A DNA stretch of 64,000 nt from Eledone cirrhosa (GCA_964016885.1 OZ024756.1:18166001-18230000), one strand, 5' to 3'. Positions 37,165 to 49,305 are shown, counted from the stretch's first letter. Notes: generated from the letters alone by a model not told the origin. Translations and numbers: made by a program.

Positions 37165-37400
37165 CAACCACTTTACTGTGTGGGCTGGGTGCTTTTTGTC
37201 ATGATACCTACACGACCACTTTACAGTGTGGGCTGGGTGTTTTTGTCGTGACACCTACATGACCACTTTACAGTGTGGGCTGGGTGTTTTTGTTGTGACA
37301 CCTACATGACTACTTTACAGTGTGGGCTGGGTGTTTTTGTTGTGACACCTACATGAACACTTTACAGAGTAGACTGGGTGTTTTTGTCATGGTACCAACA
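37165..37400. repeat. 46-bp tandem repeat (5 copies) amplified from an RTE 3' UTR motif
   Basis: The unit ACCACTTTACAGTGTGGGCTGGGTGTTTTTGTCGTGACACCTACATG also occurs 1-2 times within RTE tails (e.g. 13906-13955). Confidence 0.8.
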
Positions 37401-37902
37401 CATCCATTTCAGTGCAGTCTTCTCTCTTGCATACTACATCTGATTCCTCTGCTAACCAGTTTTTCTCTTTCAGTTCATGTCCCATGACTTAGCAATTCAA
37501 TTAAAAGAGATTGATAAAATAAGTACCAGAATTGAAAAAAGACAGGTACTGGAATTTATATCATCATCATCATCACTATTTTATGTCCATTCTTACATGC
37601 TAGCATGGGTTAGACAAGTTGTCCTGTTATGGGCAATGCTGTGTCAGGTGACCATGCCTTGATTATATAGAACTGATTTTGGCTTGGTTTCTAAAGTTGG
37701 ATGCCCTTCCTAATGCCAACCTCATTTACAGTGAGTACTGGGTGCTTTTTGTTGTGATATCTCCACGACCACTTTACAGTGTGGACTTGGTGCTTTGATC
37801 GACTAAATTAAAATCGTGCCCGAGCATGGCCACGGGTCAATAGCTGAAACCAATAAAAGAATAAGAGAATAAAAATAAATAAAAAAAGCGACTCATAATT
37901 TT

Positions 37903-37939
<37 letters not shown>

Positions 37940-38934
37940 GTCAAACAAAGGAGGAGCAGTAACTATGACTGTTTTCAGGGTCTCTCTAACTGTTGGGAGA
38001 GAAGAGAACAAATGAGGAAGGGAGGATGGTGTCCATAAAACAGATATGATACAAATGTTTACAACAGAGTGGGCTCTGTTAAATACATCCAGTGGCCATG
38101 TGATGGTATCAAACCAGGCAGCAGATTAAATTTCTACCCACTGAGTATGTGCATGGCCATGTGTGGTTCTATGTTTGATCTCATAGTATATCACCCTCAT
38201 CTGGACCAAAGTTTTGCATGTGAAATATGACATTGGAAACTGTCAAAGCTAATCAAAATATGTGTGTTGCCTAGTGGTAAGGTTGTTGGACTTACGATCA
38301 TAATGTCGTGGGTTTCATTCCTGGGCTGGGTTGTGTGTTGTGTTCTTGCGCAAAACACTTCATTTCACATTGCTCCAGTATACTCAGTTGAAAATGACTA
38401 CCAGAAGCAATAGCTGTAGAGTTTAACCCTGTGATGGACTGGTGTCCTATCTAGAGTAAAGTCTTGTACTCTCAGTTGCTTCACGCCACGAAAGCAGGGA
38501 AAGCACCTGCCTGATGAACCTCCAGGCTTGAGAGAGTCTTTAGACTGAGTAAGCTGTCACAACAGGATTTGAACTCAGAACACAAAGAACTGTGAGCAGA
38601 ATAAATACTACAAGACATCTTGTCCAAAATGGCAACAATTCAGCCGATTTACTACCTTCGACTGGTGGTCTATTTTGTTGACAAAAAAGGCAAAGTTGAT
38701 CTTGGCTGTATTTGAACGCTGAGTGCAGAAAGCCAGAATAAATATCACAAAGCATTTCATGTGACGCTCTACCAATTCATCATGTCTCAGTCAGAAATGA
38801 AAGTGAACGTACTAATAGATAGATAAATAAAATGTCTCATAAAAGTGAGCAAACAAAAGAAAGTAAAAGTGGAATATGGTAGAGGAGGGTGAAAGGGTTC
38901 TTGATTATTTTCAAATTTATTGGAAAAACATAAG

Positions 38935-39570
38935 CAGTGCCTTTCATAAGAAATATGGTAATAGACACAGGTAGTGTCTTTCATTAGAAATATGGTAATA
39001 AAAAGGTTAATGACATAGGTAGTGTCTTTCATTAGAAATATGGTAATAAAAAGGTTAATGACATAGGTAGTGTCTTTCATTAGAAATATGGTAATAAAAA
39101 GGTTAATGACATAGGTAGTGTATTTCATTAGAAATATGGTAATAAAAAGGTTAATGACATAGTGTCTTTCATTAGAAATATGGTAATAAAAAGGTTAATG
39201 ACATAGGTAGTGTCTTTCATTAGAAATATGGTAATGAAAGGGTTAATGACATAGGTAGAGTCTTTCATTAGAAATATGGTAATGAAAAGGTTAATGACAG
39301 TGTCTTTCATTAGAAATATGGTAATAAAAAGGTTAATGATATAGGTAGTGTATTTCATTAGAAATATGGTAATGAAAGGGTTAAAAACATAGACAGTATC
39401 TTTCATTAGAAATATGGTAATGAAAGGGTTAATGACATAGACAGTATCTTTCATTAGAAAAATAGTAATGAAAGGGTCTTTAAGCAGTATCTTTCATTAA
39501 AATATGGTAATGGAAGTGTTAAAGACACAGGCAGTGTCTTTCATTAAAAATATAGTAAAGAAAAGGTTAA
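38935..39570. repeat. 48-bp minisatellite (~13 copies) in the 3' UTR of the death-domain gene
   Basis: Unit GTAGTGTCTTTCATTAGAAATATGGTAATAAAAAGGTTAATGACATAG; the last degenerate unit overlaps the stop codon. Confidence 0.92.
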
Positions 39571-39898
39571 GAGTTCTGATTTTCTTTGCCGAGTTCTTTG
39601 TTTTCAGCATGCAGTTCAACAATTTTTGAGGCCAATTTAGTGTGGCCTATCGCTCTAAGTCCATTTATTAACTGAGTAACTGCCTGCTCTGGTTTTTCTG
39701 GGATGTTCCTCTTCCAGAAGATTAGCAGTTTATAGTTCATGTCCCTAGTAGACAGGCCAGCAGCGAAAGCATCAAAAGTGATCCCGCTAATACAGCTTTC
39801 CGAAAGTCCAAGATGAACTGACAACTCTATAATGTCTGGTACAATGGAGGCGAGAAACATCAAGCTACGGCCTGACAACACATTCGGCTGATGCTCAA
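39567..39898 (-). CDS. ZU5-ZU5-UPA-death domain protein (DTHD1/PIDD-like), last coding exon: death domain
   Basis: Acceptor TTCTCTTTCCAG| at 39899. Peptide EHQPNVLSGRSLMFLASIV..LSVHLGLSESCI..KLLIFWKR..LINGLRAIGHTKLA shows the death-domain pattern; TAA at 39569-39567. Confidence 0.85.
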
Positions 39899-39939
39899 CT
39901 GGAAAGAGAAGTGAAATGAAGGTATAAAATAATAATAAT

Positions 39940-40230
39940 AATAGGAGAAAATCTCCAAATATAAAGATCTAGAGATAGAAATAACTCGAATGTGGAAAAT
40001 GAAAACAATATAATAATAATAGGTGCTCCGGGAATGATAAATACATAACCAAACCCCCAGGACTTACAAATATATACAGTGTACAAAAGATAGCACTACT
40101 AGGCACTGCACACATATTACAAAAAGTACTACCAATACAATAGAAACAACATCAGTAAAAACTACACTGCTTACACCCAAGGTGCATAGAGCTGTGCTCG
40201 GTAAAGCAGTAGTGGTACACAATAAAAATA
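39940..40230 (+). mobile_element. R4/Dong-clade LINE 3' fragment (RLE C-terminus)
   Basis: EKISKYKDLEIEITRMWKMKT..IIIGAPGMI..VQKIALLGTAHILQKVL; begins in a (TAA)n tract, the known Dong-type target. Confidence 0.75.
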
Positions 40231-40485
40231 ATCATCATCATTTAATATCTATCTTCCACGCAAGCATGGGTTAGATGGGTTTGTCCCATTTGAGGCAAGT
40301 TTGGTCGGGTGACTGTGGCGTGCTCATATAGGACTGTTTCTGGCTGGTTTTCTATGGCTGGATGCCCTTTCTAACGCCAACCACATTTATAGTGTGTGCT
40401 GGGTGCTTTTTGCCGTGACACCTGCACAACCACTTTACAGTGTGGGTTGGATGTTTTGTGGTATAAATAATAATAATAATAATAA

Positions 40486-41118
40486 TGTTTCTACTTTTTG
40501 CACAAGGCCAGCAATTACCTCAGTGCATTACTGGTGCTTTACTTTATCGACTCCTTAAGGATGAAAGGCAAAGCTAACATTGGTGGGATTTGAACTCAGA
40601 ACGTAAAGGGCCGTAACTATATGCCACAAACATTGTTGCCTGACGGCCTACCGATACTGCCAATCCACCACCTTATAATAATAATAATAATAATGGTTTC
40701 TCATTTAGGCACAAGGCCAGTAATTTTAGGGAAGGGTAAAGTCGATTAAATCAACGCCAGTGTATGACTGGTACTTTACTTTATCGACCTCGTAAGGATG
40801 AAAGGCAAAGCTAAGCTTAGTGGGATTTGAACTCAGAACGTAAAGAGACATAACTCTATGTTGTTAAGCATGTTGTCCAATGCTCTACTAATACTGCCGA
40901 TCCACCACCTTATAATAATAATAATAATAATTGTTTCTACTTTTGGCACAAGGCCAACAATTACCACAATACATTACTGGTACTTTATTTTATCGACCAT
41001 GTAAGGATGAAAGGCAAAGTTAACCTCGACGGGATTTGAACTCAGACTGTAAAGGGACATAACTATGCTAGAAAGCATGGCGTCCAACCCTCTACCAATA
41101 CTGCCAATTCACTGCCTT

Positions 41119-41120
<2 letters not shown>
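40486..41120 (-). mobile_element. Three head-to-tail SINE family A copies separated by (TAA)n
   Basis: Copies at ~40486-40675, ~40695-40912 and ~40931-41120. Confidence 0.8.
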
Positions 41121-41149
<29 letters not shown>

Positions 41150-41261
41150 TAATAACAATTATTAATTTTCCGATTTTCTGAATATCCTGCATATTCCAGG
41201 GTTCTTTGTTGAAGTGGAGGTTTTATAGAACTGTCGTATTCCTTTTGTGAAAGTATACGAC

Positions 41262-41944
41262 CAGCTTGAGATGTAGATTCCAGTTCTTTTGACTCTGCTC
41301 TACATAGCTCTGCTTGACGTAACTCCTCTTGTCGAAGCTCCTCCTGACGTATCGCCTTGATAATTTTTATTTTCTTCCAGAAGCTTTCCACTGCCTCTAC
41401 TGGGACTTCAAATTTAAAAACTGCAGTTATTTTTGACTTCAAATCCTCATCAGTTACATCAAAAGGATTAACATGTATTATTCCTTTTAGCGTTTTTATT
41501 TTTTCCTCGGTAGGTTGTATACAAAATATCGTGTTGTTCTCAGCAAGACCACAATAGTAGGTTAATCTCAAGAAGTCATCAAACTCTTCTTCAGAAAATT
41601 TCACTGAACCACTGACCGATATCGTCCACATCTGCTTGTCCTTCAGTTCAGGTAGAATAATCCGTTGGCTGAATGATCTCTCTTTTAGCTGGTTTTCACT
41701 CGAGGCCCTCCGTAATTTTATCGCTTCTGACGGGATTTCAATGAAGTTCCGTACCTTCCATTTCTTCTCGATAATATCCGTCATCTCCCTCGAATGACAT
41801 GCCACCACTATGTTCCATTGTAGATCTTCAAAGCGAACAAACAGGGCTAACTTTCCAAGTACTACACCTATTTTCTCTTCGATTAAGCGTATACCATCTT
41901 TTAGTTTTCGTGTTGAACCAGATGAAGATTCAGCCACACAGTAC
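41262..41944 (-). CDS. ZU5-ZU5-UPA-death domain protein, coding exon 5 (end of ZU5b, UPA-like region, helical linker)
   Basis: Acceptor TTTTGCAG| at 41945; phase 2 continues SHLS-K-YCVAESS in a long open frame. The donor is uncertain: phase-1 candidates end the exon at 41262 (GCTG|GTCGTA), 41232 or ~41157. Confidence 0.75.
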
Positions 41945-42155
41945 CTGCAAAAGCACCAATTAGAGATTAAACATTAGAGATTCAGCCACACAGTACCTGC
42001 AAATAAGGATTACATTTAGAGAGAGAAGAAAAAGCACCAATTAGAGATTAAACATTAGAACAGAGTTAAAAAATCTACATATCTCCCAACCTGACTTCTT
42101 TACGTAATATAACACACGGTTATCCCAAATCTTGACCAATATTCACAGTAAAAAT

Positions 42156-42487
42156 GGTTTCTTATATAGGCACAAAGCCAGCAATTTGGGGGGGGGGGGG
42201 GTTAAATAGACCCCAGTGCGTGACTGGTACTTTATTTTATCGACCCCATGAGGATGAAAGGCAAAGTTAACCTTGGCGAGATTTGAACTCAGATCATAAA
42301 GGGCTGTAACTCTATGCTGCAAAGCATGGCGTCCGACTCTCTATTGATACTGGCAATACACCGCCCTTTTATTCCCAGTAATAATTGTTTCTACTTTTGG
42401 CACAAGGCCAGCAATTATCCCAGTGTGTGACTGGTATATTATTTTATTGACCCCGAAAGGATGAAAGGCAAAGTTAACCTCGGCAGA
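42156..42487 (-). mobile_element. Two SINE family A copies (second truncated)
   Basis: Same cores as the other family A copies. Confidence 0.75.
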
Positions 42488-44447
42488 GTAATAATATATG
42501 ACAGTTATCCCATAGCTTGACAAATATTTCCAGTAACAATATATCACATACAGTTATCCCATAGCTTGACCAATATTCCCAGTAACAATATATCACATAC
42601 AGTTATCCCATAGCTTGACCAATATTCCCAGTAACAATATATCACATACAGTTATCCCATAGCTTGACCAATATTTCCAGTAACAATATATCACATACAG
42701 TTATCCCATAGCTTGACAAATATTCCCAGTAACAATATATCACATACAGTTATCCCATATCTTGACCAATATTCCCAGTAACAATATATCACATACAGTT
42801 ATCCCATAGCTTGACCAATATTCCCAGTAACAATATATCACATAGAGTTATCCCATAGCTTGACCTATATTCCCAGTAACAATATATCACATACAGTTAT
42901 CCCATAGCTTGACCAATATTCCCAGTAACAATATATCACATACAGTTATTCCATAGCTTGACAAATATTCCCAGTAACAATATATCACATACAGTTATCC
43001 CATAGCTTGACCAATATTCCCAGTAACAATATATCACATACAGTTATCCCATATCTTGACCAATAATCCCAGTAACAATATATCACATACAGTTATCCCA
43101 TAGCTTGACCAATATTCCCAGTAACAATATATCACATACAGTTATCCCATAGCTTGACCAATATTCCCAGTAACAATATATCATACAGTTATCCCATAGC
43201 TTGACCAATATTTCCAGTAACAATATATCACATACAGTTATCCCATAGCTTGACAAATATTCCCAGTAACAATATATCACATACAGTTATCCCATAGCTT
43301 GACCAATATTCCCAGTAACAATATATCACATACAGTTATCCCATAGCTTGACCAATATTCCCAGTAACAATATATCACATACAGTTATCCCATAGCTTGA
43401 CAAATATTCCCAGTAACAATATATCACATACAGTTATCCCATAGCTTGACCAATATTCCCAGTAACAATATATCACATAGAATAATCCCATATCTTGACC
43501 AATATTCCCAGTAACAATATATCACGTACAGTTATCCCATAGCTTGACCAATATTCCCAGTAACAATATATCACATACAGTTATCCCATATCTTGACCAA
43601 TATTCCCAGTAACAATATATCACATACAGTTATCCCATAGCTTGACCAATATTCCCAGTAACAATATATCACATAGATTAATCCCATATCTTGACCAATA
43701 TTCCCAGTAACAATATATCACGTACAGTTATCCCATAGCTTGACCAATATTCCCAGTAACAATATATCACATACAGTTATCCCATATCTTGACCAATATT
43801 CCCAGTAACAATATATCACATAGAATAATCCCATATCTTGACCAATATTCCCAGTAACAATATATCACATACAGTTATCCCATATCTTGACCAATATTCC
43901 CAGTAACAATATATCACATACAGTTATCCCATAGCTTGACAAATATTCCCAGTAACAATATATCACATACAGTTATCCCATAGCTTGACCAATATTGCCA
44001 GTAACAATATATCACATACAGTTATCCCATATCTTGACCAATATTCCCAGTAACAATATATCACATAGAATAATCCCATATCTTGACCAATATTCCCAGT
44101 AACAATATATCACATACAGTTATCCCATATCTTGACCAATATTCCCAGTAACAATATATCACATACAGTTATCCCATAGCTTGACAAATATTCCCAGTAA
44201 CAATATATCACATACAGTTATCCCATAGCTTGACCAATATTGCCAGTAACAATATATCACATACAGTTATCCCATATCTTGACCAATATTCCCAGTAACA
44301 ATATATCACATACAGTTATCCCATAGCTTGACCAATATTCCCAGTAACAATATATCACATACAGTTATCCCATATCTTGACCAATATTCCCAGTAACAAT
44401 ATATCACGTACAGTTATCCCATAGCTTGACCAATATTCTCAATAACA
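42488..44447. repeat. 49-bp minisatellite CAGTTATCCCATAGCTTGACCAATATTCCCAGTAACAATATATCACATA (~40 copies)
   Basis: Directly visible. One diverged unit lies at ~42113-42155, on the far side of two SINEs. Confidence 0.97.
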
Positions 44448-44978
44448 GCTACCCACTCCCTACCCACCACTGCCACAGCAATGTCATCTTTGCATGAATG
44501 GCCCTGTAACAACTCCTGGGGGAGTCATTGGGGCGCCGTATTGACATACAGGGTTTCCAGGGCATTTTAAAATCTGGCAGAGCCCCTGTCCTCTCTAGGT
44601 CTGAACACAGCAGATTTCTTCCAGAGAAGGATGGAGAGAGTGAGAGCATCTAAGTGAGAAAGAGATATGGAAGAAGAATTGACCCCAGTTTGGAAGAAGA
44701 ATTGACCTAGATTGGTACTTTATATATATCATCATCACCGTTTTACGTCCATTCTTCCACGCTAGCATGGGTTAGACGGGTTGTCCTGTTGTGGGCAGTG
44801 TCTGGTCGGCTGACCATGCTTTGCTCATACGGGAACTGATTCTGGCTTGATTTCTACAGCTGGATGCCCTTCCTAACACCAACCTCATTTACAGTGAGTG
44901 CTGGGTGCTTTTTTTCCATGGCACCTACACGTCCACTTTACAGTGTGGGCTGGTTGCTTTTTTCAATATGTCAATAAA

Positions 44979-45698
44979 CGCTTTAGCATTTGAACTGGCT
45001 GAATCTGGCCAGAATTCTCTCGCCTCTTTCTGTTCAAACTGACAGCAACTGGCCGCTCATGCAGATGTTAAGGTATTGTTCTCAAAATAAATAACAAAAT
45101 GTAGTTTCGATATAATGTGAGATAAAGCCTTTACCATGAAAATAAAATAGTAAATATAGAGTAATGTAAATGCCATGTGAGATATTATGTAAGATAATTA
45201 TGTAAGGTAAAGCCTTTACTGTGAAAATATAATAGTAAATATAGAGTAATGTAAATGCTATGTGAGATAATTATGTGAGGTAAAGCCTTTACGGTGAAAA
45301 TATAATAGTAAATATAGAGTAATGTAAATGCTATGTGAGATAATTATGTGAGGTAAAGCCTTTACGGTGAAAATATAACAGTAAATATAGATTAATGTAA
45401 ATGTTATGTGAGATATTATGAAAGGTAAAGCCTTTACTGTGAAAATACAGTAATAAATGTAGAGTAATGTAAATACTATGTGAGATATGTGAGATAAAGC
45501 CTTTACTGTGAAAATACAATAGTAAATATAGAGTAATGTAAATACTATGTGAGATAATTATGTGAGGTAAAGCCTTTACGGTGAAAATATAATAGTAAAT
45601 ATAGATTAATGTAAATGCTATGTGAGATAATTATGTGAGGTAAAGCCTTTACAGTGAAAATATAGTAGTAAATATAGAGTAATGTAAATGCTAAAGGC
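44979..45698. mobile_element. piggyBac-type MITE with an internal ~73-bp tandem amplification (~8 copies)
   Basis: Termini CGCTTTAGCATTT / AAATGCTAAAGGC-TTAA match the 29084 and 62767 family; 45115-45690 repeats the subterminal segment. Confidence 0.8.
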
Positions 45699-45708
45699 TT
45701 AAATTTAC

Positions 45709-46010
45709 TTTGATAAATGTGACACATCGAACGATATCGTATTCTTGGTGCATCGGATGTTATTGTCTATGAGATTCCAGTCACCATCTGGTAAATTCTT
45801 CACCAGTACACCTATATTTTCCTGATCTTTCTTACTTTGTCGGGTATCAGCCTTTGGCAAGGGCAATTTAATAGTAACAGGGCGTCGGAATTTATGATTC
45901 TGGTCGTCACATAATACCTCTACGATTTCTGAACAATCCAGAATGTCCTCACATCGGTATGAGTAAATGTCTTGGCAGTAGTTGAGTATATCTTGTGCTA
46001 ATGGCATCAT
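45709..46010 (-). CDS. ZU5-ZU5-UPA-death domain protein, coding exon 4 (ZU5b)
   Basis: Acceptor TTTCTTATTACAG|, donor AAA|GTAAAT; 302 nt, phase 0 to 2. Peptide ..SEIVEV..KFRRPVTIKLPLP..GDWNLI..ISFDVSHLS is a typical ZU5 motif set. Confidence 0.88.
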
Positions 46011-46045
46011 CTGTAATAAGAAACACCGTCAGAAGAAATCTACTG

Positions 46046-46363
46046 TCATTATCATCATCATCATCATCACGACCACCATCTCTATCAACACTACCATCAC
46101 CATCATCATCATCTCCATCATCACTACCATCATCATTATCATCATCATCACTATCACCACCATCATCACCATCATCATCTTCACCACCACCACCATCATC
46201 ATCGCCACCATCATCATCATCATCTCCATCATCACCATAATCATCAACATCACCACCACCACCATCACAGTCACTATCATCATCCTCACCATCACCACTA
46301 CCATCATCATCCCCATCACCACTATCACCACCACCACCACCACCACCGCCACCACCACCATCA
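46046..46363. repeat. (CAT/CAC)n degenerate trinucleotide tract
   Basis: Directly visible; intronic. Confidence 0.9.
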
Positions 46364-46838
46364 CAGACTGTATCAGTACTCAAGCGGAGCTATTGACCCT
46401 TAGGATGGGCAACAGGGACCTGCATCTTGCTTACATATGTTCCCACGTCTTTGACATGACAGAAGAGTCCTCCTGACACCTTGATTGCCAGGATTTCAAC
46501 AGCTAGATATCCTTTACAGAGTGTACTGGGTGTGTCTATTGTGTGTGGGTGTGCAGAGAGAGGGGGTAGGGAGTGAAAAGAGAGAGAGAGAGATAAAGAC
46601 CAGTACAGGTCTGTTTATCAATCTTTCAAGGATGAAAGGCAAAGTTGACTTTCGTGAGATTTGCACTCAGAAATTGCAAAGAACCAAAACGAATACCAAA
46701 TACCATAAAACATTCTATCTAATGTTCTAACATTGCCAAAATTATCTATCTATCTTCCTTCCTTCCTTCCTTCCTTCCTTCCTTCCTTCCTTCCTTCCTC
46801 CCTCCCTCCCTCCCGTCCTTCCTTCCTTCCTTCCTTCC

Positions 46839-46874
<36 letters not shown>

Positions 46875-47623
46875 TCTCCCTCCCTCGCTCCCTCCGTTCT
46901 TTCTTTCTTTCTTTCTTTCTTTCGTCAGATGGGTTGTCCTTGCGAGAGACAAGTCTGGCCAGGGTTTTTACAGCTGGATGCCCTTCCTAACACCAACCAC
47001 ATTTACTATGTGGGACAGGATGGCACCATTATGAGTGGGGACATGCCAGTTGGCTGCGGCAAACCCTTCTCATAGTTTGAGACCCGCACCCACAATTATT
47101 TGTTAAATAATAATGGAAATTATTGTGTAAAGTGCTGAGGTGCACTACAACTAATCGTAAAAGGTAGCCAAAAGTGCATGTATAGTACACAGAATAATGT
47201 ACAAATGTCAGGAAAGTGAACAGTGTTAAGTCATGATACATACACACCACGCATACATGCATACATACACACATACATATATACACACACACACGTGTGT
47301 GGTGGGGAATACCAGGTGTAGTGATGGCGAATTTTGAGAAGCATGGAAGTTTTGAAGGATGCAGTGTCTCGACAGCTAACAACTGATGCAGATAGTTTGG
47401 TTCCATGCTTCAGCAACTCTGGGTGTGAAAAATTGTTTTCCAAAGTCATGGGAGTTGTACTGTTTTCTGATTTTGTAAGTGTGTCCATCAAATTCAAATG
47501 AGGAAGACATGGACACCTGACCTAGCAATGCCCACAACAGGACAACTCGTCTAACCCATGCTAGCTAGCATGGAAAAATGGTCGTAAAATGATGATGTTG
47601 AGGATAGAAAGAAGCTATCTTAC

Positions 47624-47815
47624 CTTCAATGAACACTTTAACGTCTCACTGAGACTTGTTCGTGGACATCGCACACTGATGTAGCGGGAAAGGTGAGAAT
47701 AATAGAGGCAACCAGTGGGGGAAAGCTCAAAATTCTCCTGTTTGGGTTCACAGATCACTGTTACTAATCCAAACTTCTCCAGATTTATAACAGCAAAGTA
47801 ATTATTGTCAGATAT
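47624..47815 (-). CDS. ZU5-ZU5-UPA-death domain protein, coding exon 3 (missed by the ORF track)
   Basis: Acceptor TTCTCCTCTTACAG|, donor AAG|GTAAGA; 192 nt, phase 0-0, no stops: ISDNNYFAVINLEKFGLVTVICEPKQENFELSPTGCLYYSHLSRYISVRCPRTSLSETLKCSLK. Confidence 0.85.
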
Positions 47816-48321
47816 CTGTAAGAGGAGAACAGAAAAAAAAATATATATATATCATCATCATCAATTAACGTCTATCTTCCACACTTGCATGGGTTAGATG
47901 GGTACCATTTAGAGGCAAGTTAGGTCGGGTCACCGTGTCTCATATAGGGGAGTTTCTGGTCGGTTTTCTATCGCTGGATGCCCTTCCTAACACCAACCAT
48001 AAAATTATAAGTTTGAAGAACAGGCAAATAACATTTACCTAATTTTTCTTCTTAGTCCGGATAAATTAACTAAATAAATAATCAAATATATGGAGCTAAG
48101 TTTAAAATGTAAGTTTGAAGAAATAATAGATAAAGGTTTACCAATATTCTTCTAGCCGTGGCTGTCAACAGTTTCACTTGTGCTATGTGGAAATGTGTAA
48201 CTGCTGCATTGTCCATGCGGCTTCAAGCTTATCATGGGACTCCCTCAGTTAGGACCGATTTTTTTTTCCAAAGTGATCACTGCCAGTAACAAATTCGAAA
48301 AGGGTTGAAATTATCACGTGG

Positions 48322-48950
48322 CTAGCATCTCTTGTGTAACCAAGATCTGCATTGTGTACATTTTATAGAATTTATGCCAGTTCCTTTTCTGCATATCGAA
48401 CATGGCCATTTCCCTGACGGAATCAGAGTTTTGTCCTCTTTCCTACTTATCAACACTTTTGTCTTAGCTAGGTTCATTCTCAGTCTTCTTGCTTCCAACT
48501 GCTGTTTCCATAGCCAGAATTTATTCACCAGCTCCTCTACTGATTCTGCTAGAAGAACCAGATCATCAGCATAGAGAAGTTCTCATGGGCAGCCAGTCTT
48601 AAACTCCTCTGTTATGGCTTGGAGGACTATAATGAACAAGAGTGGGCTGAGGACCGAACCCTGATGTACTCCTACTTGTATCTGGAATTCCTCACTAAAC
48701 TCCATTCCTACTCTCACTTTACTGACAGCACCTCTGTACATAGCTTGCACTGTCCTCACAAGCCATTCATCTACACCTACTTTCCTTAGGGACCACCAGA
48801 TGACAGATCAGGGTACTCTATCAAAGGCCTTCTCTAGGTCAACAAAAGCTAAGTATAGTGGCTTATTCTTCTCTAAGAACCTCTCTTGTAGTTGTCTCAC
48901 TAAGAAGAGGGCTTCTGTTGTACTTTTCCCAGGCACAAAACCAAACTGCA
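48322..48950 (-). mobile_element. RTE LINE RT fragment (diverged subfamily)
   Basis: Colinear with 14810-15430 (FVDLEKAFDRVP, GVHQGSVLSPLLF, LYADD, WPCSICRKG). Confidence 0.85.
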
Positions 48951-49238
48951 TCTTACAATTCTAAATTTTTCCGTTATACACAAAGAATATTTCTGTTATA
49001 CACAAAGAACATATATATGTGTGTATTTGTATTTCCATGCAGACGCACATATGCTCATGTGTGAATGTATGTTTACGTACTATTACGTGTATGCGTGAGT
49101 TTCTGTATGTTTATGTATTTGGATATTTATATATTTTTTCCCCTCAATTTATGCACATTATTTTATTTCAGCCTCACTTTCATTTATCCAAAACTCTGTT
49201 TTCAAATCCATATCACTATTCCATATTAAATAAATAAA

Positions 49239-49305
49239 TATTTCTTCTGATGAATGAAGACAGACATAAGTATCTGCCTTCAAGAAACCATTGGTAAATG
49301 AAATA
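49239..49305 (+). ncRNA. Type I hammerhead ribozyme
   Basis: Stem I TATTTC-TT / AA(T)GAAATA; CTGATGA 49247-53; stem II TGAAG.CAGA / TCTG.CTTCA; GAAA 49284-87; stem III ACCA-T-TGGT; GUA triplet with cleavage after 49296. The 10.1-11.1 pair is an A.A mismatch. Confidence 0.75.

Noticed and set aside
41092-41231. C-terminal part of ORF 41092-41937 as a protein end
   Set aside because: It runs into (TAT)n and a SINE head; splicing to the death-domain exon explains the gene better.
45949-46476. Asp/Gly-rich and Ile/Thr-rich ORFs next to exon 4
   Set aside because: A (CAT/CAC)n microsatellite, out of frame with the exon and upstream of a clear acceptor.
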